Virus record (IMG/VR): IMGVR_UViG_3300030102_001905
Span: 1-64,000 of that record
DNA length: 64,000 nt
From: a virus
Direction: 5' to 3' (one strand)
The translations under genes were made by a program, and so were the position numbers. This document shows, piece by piece, positions 37,282 through 44,615 of this stretch. The stretch's first letter is position 1. Each line of letters starts with the position of its first letter. The notes beneath the pieces were generated by a model. The model searched no databases. It was given only the letters and a program-made list of their open reading frames with translations, and was not told the origin of the DNA.

Positions 37282-37751
37282 TGAGTACAAAACCTAAAAA
37301 GAAGTTCAAAGAAACCAAGGTGGGACAATTTCTCACTGAAAAAGTACCTAGTATATTAGGCGTTGTTGGTGATGTATTGCCTGATGCAGGAGTACTGGGT
37401 GTTGTAAAAGGTTTGATAGAGGGACAAGATCCAAAAGTTCTATCAGCTGAAGACAAAGAATACGCATTAAAGCTGCTAGAACAAGACATGGTTGAGCAGC
37501 AAGAAGTAAGTAAGAGATGGGAGGCTGATATGAAGTCTGACTCATACCTTTCTAAAAATACAAGACCTCTAACTTTGATATTTTTAACTGTTTCATTAGT
37601 TATATTTATCTTGTTAGATGGCTTTAATATAGACTTTAGTATAGATAGTGGTTGGGTAGATTTACTCAAGTCACTTTTAATTACTGTCTATGTGGCTTAT
37701 TTTGGTTCCAGAGGGGCTGAAAAATTTAAAACAATTAGTAATAACAAATAA
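37281..37751 (+). CDS. Holin-like membrane protein (156 aa)
   Basis: A charged/coiled N-terminal half is followed by C-terminal hydrophobic helices (PLTLIFLTVSLVIFILL; LLKSLLITVYVAYFG). The architecture is reminiscent of the '3TM holin' family. ATG overlaps the previous stop. Confidence 0.45.
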   Translation: MSTKPKKKFKETKVGQFLTEKVPSILGVVGDVLPDAGVLGVVKGLIEGQDPKVLSAEDKEYALKLLEQDMVEQQEVSKRWEADMKSDSYLSKNTRPLTLIFLTVSLVIFILLDGFNIDFSIDSGWVDLLKSLLITVYVAYFGSRGAEKFKTISNNK

Positions 37752-37763
37752 AATTTAGAAATC

Positions 37764-37967
37764 ATGGGTAAAGATAAAGTATACATGAAAACAAGAGGTG
37801 CCGGAGATGGTGACCTTACTGCCGGTTTATTAGGAATGATGGACGGTGGAGACGTAACAGAAATGTACGGCTCAATGGGTGGAGCAGAAATGGGAAAAGA
37901 AATATATAAGAGAGGTGGCTCCATGAAGAAGAAAAAGAAAAAAATGAAAAAATCTAAAAGATATTAA
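37764..37967 (+). CDS. Gly/Met-rich miniprotein with a poly-Lys tail (67 aa)
   Basis: Track ORF. ...GLLGMMDGGDVTEMYGSMGGAEMGKEIYKRGGSMKKKKKKMKKSKRY. Confidence 0.5.
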   Translation: MGKDKVYMKTRGAGDGDLTAGLLGMMDGGDVTEMYGSMGGAEMGKEIYKRGGSMKKKKKKMKKSKRY

Positions 37968-37969
37968 TC

Positions 37970-38050
37970 ATGAAGAATAATCAATGCATATGTGGACATA
38001 CAGAAGATCCAAATGGAAACTGTGATGGTTCACACATAACTTGTAAATAA
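37970..38050 (+). CDS. 26-aa miniprotein with a CDGSH-type iron-sulfur-like signature (MKNNQCICGHTEDPNGNCDGSHITCK)
   Basis: Hand-translated ORF, packed between neighbours (2 nt after the previous stop, 7 nt before the next ATG). C-I-C-G-H-T-x2-P-x3-C-D-G-S-H is close to the CDGSH consensus C-x-C-x2-[ST]-x3-P-x-C-D-G-[SAT]-H. Confidence 0.4.
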   Translation: MKNNQCICGHTEDPNGNCDGSHITCK

Positions 38051-38057
38051 TAGAACA

Positions 38058-38255
38058 ATGAAAGAACATATGGAAAACTCCTACTATGATCCTACTTCTA
38101 TTGCACAAGCTATTCAACAAAAAAAGAATAGAAAGCAAGTAGAAGCAAGGATTAGAATGGCAAAAAAAAGTAATTTAAATCCTCCTCAAAAGTCAACTAG
38201 AGCAGCAGAACCTGTTCAGTCAGCAGCTTTTAAGAAAGGATATAGAAAAGGATAA
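38058..38255 (+). CDS. Basic miniprotein (65 aa)
   Basis: Track ORF. Lys/Arg/Gln-rich (QQKKNRKQVEARIRMAKKSN...FKKGYRKG). Confidence 0.5.
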   Translation: MKEHMENSYYDPTSIAQAIQQKKNRKQVEARIRMAKKSNLNPPQKSTRAAEPVQSAAFKKGYRKG

Positions 38256-38266
38256 AATAATTAACT

Positions 38267-38614
38267 ATGGCACAATTAACAGCACAACAAATAACACAAG
38301 CAGGTCTAGAGCCTGTCTACGTGACTCCTACTGTAACTGAAGGAGACAAGGTTGCTAATACAGGCAAACAGTTCTTCCACGTACAAAATGATAGTGGATC
38401 AGCAATTACAGCAACTGTTGTGCCTGAGATTACAACTGTAGTGGATCCTTTATTAGGAACATTAAAAAAAGAAAATGCAGTCTTAAATTTAGCTGCGGGT
38501 GAAGAAGGTTTCTTAGGACCTTTTGAGACTAAAGCATTTAATGACTCATCTGGTAATATTAAAATAACTTGCTCAGCTGTAAGCTCAGTAAAACTGGCTG
38601 CACTGTTTTTATAA
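38267..38614 (+). CDS. Hypothetical, probably structural beta-rich protein (115 aa)
   Basis: Track ORF immediately upstream of the large fibre gene. No motif. Confidence 0.6.
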   Translation: MAQLTAQQITQAGLEPVYVTPTVTEGDKVANTGKQFFHVQNDSGSAITATVVPEITTVVDPLLGTLKKENAVLNLAAGEEGFLGPFETKAFNDSSGNIKITCSAVSSVKLAALFL

Positions 38615-38624
38615 AATTTGAATC

Positions 38625-41600
38625 ATGAGTGTATATACACAAGAAGTCTTAGGACTCTTAAAGAGAAATAAAAAGAAGATCAAACTTGATAGAATTAGGG
38701 ATCATTTTGAGTTTGGTAAGCTGTACAGAAACAGTTCCTTAAATACGGGGGCTGCTTATAATCCAACTATGGAGCCCTTTGTTATTAAATGGGGAGACTT
38801 CAAGTGTGCTACAGAAGAAGGTATGGTTAGACAAGACCCTACTGGAACAGAAGAACGTCATATCACTATGTGGACTGATCCCGTCTTTCAAGGTGAGTGT
38901 CAAACAGCTACTATTACTAAAACAATTATATCACAGAATATAGCAGGAAATGAAATTAATATTGCTGGTGATTTAGATGTAGATAATAACTTAAATGTTG
39001 ATGGTAATGCACTTATTGATTTGCAATTAACAGCAGGCTCAGCAAATATTCTAGATCTTACAGAAGACCGCATTGTCATAGTAGGACCTAATGGAGAACT
39101 AGAAGATGATGGTAATCTTACTTTTAATGGATCATTCTTTAATATAGGTCAAGGTAACTTTACTGTGCAAGTAAGCACAGGTAATACTCAAATTGTTGGA
39201 ACTTTAGATGTTGATAGTCAAGCTACTCTTGCTAGTGCAAATGTAGAAGATCTAACTGAAGATAGAATAGTTATTGTAGGTCCAAATGGTGAGTTAGAAG
39301 ATGATGCTAACTTCACAATGGATGGAACTACTTTTACAGCAAATGTGAATGTAGTACATGGTACTGATGTCCCTGGAGGTACTCCAGCTGAGACAACAAC
39401 CATAAACTCTAATTTAAAACTAGAAGGCCCTGTATATGATTCATTAGGTAATATAGGTAGCCTTAACAAAGTACTTGTTGGTTTAGCTGATGGTAGAGTA
39501 AAATGGCAAGATGATGACGTAGTAGAAGCACTTACATATGGTGCACTATGGCAAGGAGATCCAACAAACTACAAAGTAGAATTACCTATTGGTACTGCAG
39601 GCCAGATTCTTATTTCTGATGGTACTACTTTTTCATGGCAAGATGATCCTTATGTAGATGGTAATGGTACACTATACAGATTACCTTTATGGACTCCTGA
39701 TGGAGATTCATTAGGAGATTCTCTTTTAATACAAGATGGAGATGTAAATACTCCAGCCACCCAAGTGCAAAATGATGGTATGCTAAAGAATGTTGGCATA
39801 GTTAAATTAGATAGTGTTGCACAAGATGATACACTTACTCAAGTACTTGTTAGAGATACAGGTAATGCAAACGAAGTAAAATTTAGAGATGCAGCATCAA
39901 TCAAACCTGCAGTTGGTTTTGATACATTAGATATGACACCTGATGGCTGGGCATCTACTGATGGTAACTTTAATGCATACGTAAAACTGGATGACTCAAC
40001 TACACCTATTAAGAATATCAAAGATATGAATTGGCTTGTTGATGGTGATAGAGTTCTTGTAATTGCAGAAAATGTCAAGACTGGTAGTTTGCTAGCAGAT
40101 AATGTTCTTAGATTCCCAACATGGGGAACTGGACAGCAAGTATTTAATCAAACATCTTGGAATCAAGCAAGTATAGGTACTGGTTGGACTGGGGCAATTG
40201 ATAATGGATATCAGACCTCAACTCTTCTATACGGAGAAAAGCTTAAGATTAGGGGTGAAATGTATGATACTCCCGGTGTTTCAGATAGACAAATGAACTG
40301 GGATGCATGCTGTAAAATATATTCTAATAATGCATGTCCTGTTGCAAATAATTTAAACTTTACTATAGATGAAGATACAGGATTATCAAATACTGTAAAC
40401 GTTTCAGATGATGGATATGGTGGTTATGGTTTAACATATACTGTTATTCAGCAACCAAATAATGCAAAAACATTTACTTTTGATACTGCTACTGGTGGAT
40501 TTACACTTACACCAGATCTTAATTTCTTTGGTACAATAACATTTACTTATCAAGCAAATGATGGATACTGTGATAGTAACGTAGCTACAGTAACTGTAAC
40601 AGTTAATGCTGTTGATGATGCTCCAGAATGGACATCTACCGACCCTGTAACTGCTAATACATATCCTAACCTAACAGGTGGTGATACATGGACATACAAC
40701 TGGACAGTTGCAGATGCAGATACACCTTGTGGTAGTTTAACATTCCCATCTCAGACTATTCCAAGCTGGTTAACCTTTACTAATAACGGTAACTGTACTG
40801 GAACATTAACTGGTACTTTTCCTAATACTGGTGGTAATTTCCCAGTTCAATTAAATGTTAGTGATGGAACAAGTACAGCCTCACAATCATTTACAATTGG
40901 TGGTTTAGCTGTAACAAAAGATACATATTTTGTATTTTGGAGTGATACTTCTGGATCTATGAATACTACTATTAGTGTAATGTCTAGAATGGTAAGTGCT
41001 GCAGAAGTTAAGGTACAAGCTACTACTATTTCAGGTTCTAGTGTTACTTTAACAAATGGTGCTAATACTAGAAAAATAAATGATTCTACAGGTACATGTT
41101 CTAAAGCATTCTTAGCTATTCATGATGGAATGGAAGTAACTGCAGGTGGAAGTGGTGTACCAAGTGGAACTACTGTAGTAAGTGGTGGTGGTACACAAAA
41201 CCTTACACTAAGTAACAGTATTACTAGTACATCTGGTACAGTCCTTACATTTAAGCCAACACAAGCTATGAAAGATGCAGACTATGCTGACACAACTAAT
41301 TTAAGAAACTTGTTACAAGATTTCTATGCAACAGGTGGTACTAAAGGAAGTGGTAATACTGATCCGGCAACTAATGGTCAAGACTTTTATGACTCTCATA
41401 TATATTGGTGCCATGACCCTGTTGAAAGACAAATTGATCATTTAGGAAATAGAGGTCAAGGTAATACAATTGGTCCAAGTGGATATTTTCCTGATGCTGA
41501 TGGAGTAGTTGTAATGGGATTTGCTGATGAGTCTAGTGATTATGGATTAGCAGGAACCGGTGGTGGTACTTGGGCTGACCGTGCAAGTAGTACAGTAGGT

Positions 41601-41966
41601 AACATTACTACAGATGTTAATACTGTAAAGAACTTTATAAATGCTCTAGAAACAGCTGCTGGAAATAATACTATATATAGAGGTATTTTCTTTAATGTTC
41701 TTGGAGGTTATACTCCTGGTCACGATAATCTTGAACCTTTATTAGGGCCAACAGGATTGAACGCTACAGGTGGTGTAATTGCAAATGGATTTGGATATCC
41801 TCCTGCAGCATCAGCTTATGATCCTGTAAATGATACATTATATCCAGAGTCACACGGGTCTCCAACTAGAATTAAATATAGACCTGATATGACAGATGGT
41901 GCTTCTCAATCTTATTACTATAATGAGGTTAGAGCAGGGCTTAACAGTGTAGGATTTAGCTTGTAG
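38625..41966 (+). CDS. Large tail fibre / adhesin (1113 aa) with tandem repeats, a cadherin/VCBS-like segment and a C-terminal vWA-like MIDAS motif
   Basis: The ~64-aa repeats are LDLTEDRIVIVGPNGELEDDGNLTF (nt ~39051-39125) and VEDLTEDRIVIVGPNGELEDDANFTM (nt ~39243-39320). VTVTVNAVDDAPEW lies at nt ~40600-40631. YFVFWSDTSGSM (DTSGS = nt 40944-40958) and VVVMGFADES also occur. Confidence 0.6.
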   Translation: MSVYTQEVLGLLKRNKKKIKLDRIRDHFEFGKLYRNSSLNTGAAYNPTMEPFVIKWGDFKCATEEGMVRQDPTGTEERHITMWTDPVFQGECQTATITKTIISQNIAGNEINIAGDLDVDNNLNVDGNALIDLQLTAGSANILDLTEDRIVIVGPNGELEDDGNLTFNGSFFNIGQGNFTVQVSTGNTQIVGTLDVDSQATLASANVEDLTEDRIVIVGPNGELEDDANFTMDGTTFTANVNVVHGTDVPGGTPAETTTINSNLKLEGPVYDSLGNIGSLNKVLVGLADGRVKWQDDDVVEALTYGALWQGDPTNYKVELPIGTAGQILISDGTTFSWQDDPYVDGNGTLYRLPLWTPDGDSLGDSLLIQDGDVNTPATQVQNDGMLKNVGIVKLDSVAQDDTLTQVLVRDTGNANEVKFRDAASIKPAVGFDTLDMTPDGWASTDGNFNAYVKLDDSTTPIKNIKDMNWLVDGDRVLVIAENVKTGSLLADNVLRFPTWGTGQQVFNQTSWNQASIGTGWTGAIDNGYQTSTLLYGEKLKIRGEMYDTPGVSDRQMNWDACCKIYSNNACPVANNLNFTIDEDTGLSNTVNVSDDGYGGYGLTYTVIQQPNNAKTFTFDTATGGFTLTPDLNFFGTITFTYQANDGYCDSNVATVTVTVNAVDDAPEWTSTDPVTANTYPNLTGGDTWTYNWTVADADTPCGSLTFPSQTIPSWLTFTNNGNCTGTLTGTFPNTGGNFPVQLNVSDGTSTASQSFTIGGLAVTKDTYFVFWSDTSGSMNTTISVMSRMVSAAEVKVQATTISGSSVTLTNGANTRKINDSTGTCSKAFLAIHDGMEVTAGGSGVPSGTTVVSGGGTQNLTLSNSITSTSGTVLTFKPTQAMKDADYADTTNLRNLLQDFYATGGTKGSGNTDPATNGQDFYDSHIYWCHDPVERQIDHLGNRGQGNTIGPSGYFPDADGVVVMGFADESSDYGLAGTGGGTWADRASSTVGNITTDVNTVKNFINALETAAGNNTIYRGIFFNVLGGYTPGHDNLEPLLGPTGLNATGGVIANGFGYPPAASAYDPVNDTLYPESHGSPTRIKYRPDMTDGASQSYYYNEVRAGLNSVGFSL

Positions 41967-42249
41967 ACTTTTCATTTTCTAGTTCTTTTTGTAAGCATGC
42001 TAATGCACGCCATGCTACTTTTGCAGTATGACGAATTCCGTCATCATCTACAGTACCAGCATCAATAAGATGTCTAGCGAGAGCATCATAGTCATCAGTT
42101 GATTTACTACGATCCCAGTGTAATGGTTTATCAGGGTGGTGTTGCTTATTACCAGCTAACGATACCCTTGCTATTTCCATAATAGCATCAGGGAAATATT
42201 TAAGTACACCAGTAAATACTGGCCTTTCTTTTCTTTCTTTGGCATTCAT
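41956..42249 (-). CDS. Small phage protein resembling the DUF5664 / dATP-dGTP diphosphohydrolase N-terminal domain (97 aa)
   Basis: The pattern KERPVFTGVLKYFPDAIMEIARVSLAGNKQH...HWDRS...DDYDALARHLIDAG..DDDGIRHTAKVAWRALACLQ matches my recollection of that family (LDLLP..AL.EVARV...GA.KY...NW..G......LDAL.RHL.....GE..D.ESG..HLAH...). The 3' end overlaps the fibre gene 3' end by 11 nt. Confidence 0.35.
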   Translation of the reverse strand: MNAKERKERPVFTGVLKYFPDAIMEIARVSLAGNKQHHPDKPLHWDRSKSTDDYDALARHLIDAGTVDDDGIRHTAKVAWRALACLQKELENEKSTS

Positions 42250-42299
42250 GCGTTATTCTTTTATAGGGTGGACATATAACAAAAATGTTATAAGAGAGT

Positions 42300-42327
42300 G
42301 GGCCCAAGAATGCAAAAACTTGGACCC
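42300..42327 (-). terminator. Hairpin downstream of the DUF932 gene (possible terminator)
   Basis: GGGCCCAAG-N10-CTTGGACCC gives a 9-bp stem with one mismatch in a 172-nt non-coding gap. There is no clean U-tract. Confidence 0.25.
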
Positions 42328-42421
42328 ATGTTGGTTTTACTCTCCATTTAATAATCAAGGTTATTCTTACTACATATGTAAAAACAAACTATGGCTAATA
42401 CTATTACAATATATATTCCCA

Positions 42422-43339
42422 CTATCTACCCATGTAAACATCTTGTAATAGTCTATTGTAGTTGATTTCAGTATCAACCTCTACTGGCTCAAATGTTTCT
42501 ACTTCAACATCAATACCATGCTCTGTATCAGCATTGGTAATACCTAAATCTTCATTATCAAAGTTTAGTATCCATTCTTCATATGGTTTTACAGTAGAAA
42601 GATTGAGAATCTCAGCTGTTATAAAATCATGAAAGTTTTTCTGATCTACCATCCAATCTCTTGGGTGAGCTTTTTTCAATGCATGCGTAACATGATTGTA
42701 GTAAGCCCAGGCAGTTCCTGTCCCTCCTTTATACTTAAAAGAAGGCTTATCTATTTCTTTCTTGATGCAGGTTACTTGTTGTGAGTCAAGCATGTCTTCA
42801 TCTATAAACAACCTTCCTGTCAACTCTGACATTTGTGTAGTAGATAAATCAATCTGCTTCATTGTTTCCTTATCACTAATTAACCTTTTATAATACTTCT
42901 CAGCATTTTTAATCTGACTAGATATATGATTTCTTACATCAGTATCCGCAGCTCCAGTATGTTTTCTTTTATAGTGGTACATGTCTCCTGCACACATACC
43001 ATTACTACATACTTTTACATATGCTCCAATTGTACAATTAAACATTGTACTCTTGTCATATGAATTCACCCAGGTAAACATCATACCCAACTCTTTCTCA
43101 TCATTAATCTGTTGATCTGTTGATGTAGGTTGAATATAATATACTCCCTGTGCAACATTAGCATTCATATTAGTTCTATACTTTTCTTCTAGAACTTTGA
43201 ATCCACTATTCTTAAGTAGGTCTAATGTATTGTCTATCACTGTTTTATGTGATATTACTGTATAACTCTTACCGTGATTTGGTAAAGGTGCATTTTCCAG
43301 ATATGCTCTGGTTGTATTTATTGGTTTTTTATATCCCAT
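42422..43339 (-). CDS. DUF932-family phage/plasmid protein (305 aa)
   Basis: FTWVNSYDKSTMFNCTIGAYVKVCSNGMC resembles the NSHDGS...G..R.VCSNG core of DUF932. Confidence 0.55.
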   Translation of the reverse strand: MGYKKPINTTRAYLENAPLPNHGKSYTVISHKTVIDNTLDLLKNSGFKVLEEKYRTNMNANVAQGVYYIQPTSTDQQINDEKELGMMFTWVNSYDKSTMFNCTIGAYVKVCSNGMCAGDMYHYKRKHTGAADTDVRNHISSQIKNAEKYYKRLISDKETMKQIDLSTTQMSELTGRLFIDEDMLDSQQVTCIKKEIDKPSFKYKGGTGTAWAYYNHVTHALKKAHPRDWMVDQKNFHDFITAEILNLSTVKPYEEWILNFDNEDLGITNADTEHGIDVEVETFEPVEVDTEINYNRLLQDVYMGR

Positions 43340-43390
43340 ATCTTAAACTTTTAAAGTGTAAATATAATAAAAAATACTGACTCACCAAAA

Positions 43391-44224
43391 TTAAAATATA
43401 TATCTAATGGTATCTAATGGAAAAAATTCTTTGTATATGTCTTTGAATTCATTTAGGAGTCTGGTTTTATGCTGTAAAGGATAACGCATAACACCTGATG
43501 CATTTTTTATTTCAGAAGACCTTCTCATTAGTTCTTTTGCAAGCTCTGATGCTCTGGCCATCTGTTGTTTATGATTTGTGAGTGCTATCACCTCACATTT
43601 ATTTATCCCGGCTATTTCTTTTACCTTACTAAACAGTTCATAATATAGCTCTTTCCAATAAAAATGAAATACAAGCGGGCTATAGTTAATATGAACTTGC
43701 CATCCTAAATCCTTGAGACGGTTTACATCTTCAATACGGCTCAATATATTTTGCATTTTAGGCTCAAGTATATTTGAATACTTCTGAGGCATAAGGCTTA
43801 CACGTACTCTAGGTGGTTTATTAAAATGATTTACATCTAATTTTAGTAATCCTGGATACTTAGTAGCCATAGTACTGTTAAGCCGGGGGTGATCATCATA
43901 TCTTTTTAGATAATCAATAAGTGGTTCTGGCATATGTCTTTGCATAAGAACTAAGTCTGAGTTACATGCAACATCTACCATAGTATATATAGGGTCCTGC
44001 TGATCCGGTTCTTTATAAAAAGTTTTTTCCCATTCAACTACAGACTGAAAAATCTGATCAACATTCTTATTTACAAAAACTCTACGTCCATTATAACGAG
44101 ACATATAACAATAAGTGTTTACACAGCCGCCCATGCAACCATAGATTACATTGGGGGCTATGCAGTTTGCACTATTGTTATTGGGTTTTGTAATTAAGGT
44201 TTTAGTATTCTGTACCTTAATCAT
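43391..44224 (-). CDS. Spore-photoproduct-lyase-like radical SAM family protein with atypical Cys spacing (277 aa)
   Basis: NVIYGCMGGCVNTYCYMSR resembles SplB-type GCMGHCHYCY, but the spacing is C-x3-C-x4-C rather than C-x3-C-x2-C. Confidence 0.45.
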   Translation of the reverse strand: MIKVQNTKTLITKPNNNSANCIAPNVIYGCMGGCVNTYCYMSRYNGRRVFVNKNVDQIFQSVVEWEKTFYKEPDQQDPIYTMVDVACNSDLVLMQRHMPEPLIDYLKRYDDHPRLNSTMATKYPGLLKLDVNHFNKPPRVRVSLMPQKYSNILEPKMQNILSRIEDVNRLKDLGWQVHINYSPLVFHFYWKELYYELFSKVKEIAGINKCEVIALTNHKQQMARASELAKELMRRSSEIKNASGVMRYPLQHKTRLLNEFKDIYKEFFPLDTIRYIF

Positions 44225-44615
44225 TTATTATTGGTTTATTTATCACATATGCAGCCTCTGTGCCAGCTATTATCTCTACTCCGTTTACTGTAATATCTTT
44301 TACATCTACTTCATAGAGAGAATACTGTGTGGTAATCTCATCTCCAGACTTAACATCTTTAATTAATTGAAGATGCAGAATTCCACAATCTATATCTCTT
44401 GATTCTTTACAACCAATGAGTTTTGCATTAGGCTCTTTACCATGATTAATAAAACCACCCAATGGAGTTCTAACGTAACGGTTTTCAAATCTTTGGTCAT
44501 ATACATGGGTTACACCTAAATCTGTTCCAGAAGCAATATCTTCTGTAGCAAATAGGCCTAACCCATCTATAACTGATTGTCTAACCGTAACTGAAGGTGG
44601 TAACGGTCTATACAT
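44217..44615 (-). CDS. Minimal SET-domain protein, putative lysine methyltransferase (132 aa)
   Basis: IDGLGLFATEDIASGTDLG (GxG SAM pocket), GGFINHGKEPNAKL (NH..PN) and SGDEITTQYSLY (catalytic Tyr region). The start overlaps the polB stop. Confidence 0.65.
   Translation of the reverse strand: MYRPLPPSVTVRQSVIDGLGLFATEDIASGTDLGVTHVYDQRFENRYVRTPLGGFINHGKEPNAKLIGCKESRDIDCGILHLQLIKDVKSGDEITTQYSLYEVDVKDITVNGVEIIAGTEAAYVINKPIIND

Noticed and set aside
37925-37960. An A-rich run encoding the poly-Lys tail (AAGAAGAAAAAGAAAAAAATGAAAAAA), considered as a programmed slippage site.
   Set aside because: The longest homopolymer is A7. No alternative-frame ORF of meaningful length continues from it.
42239-42448. 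+ strand track ORF in the 172-nt gap between the DUF5664-like and DUF932 genes.
   Set aside because: It overlaps the ends of two minus-strand genes, its translation is Tyr/Trp/Asn noise, and the gap is better explained by the hairpin and regulatory DNA.
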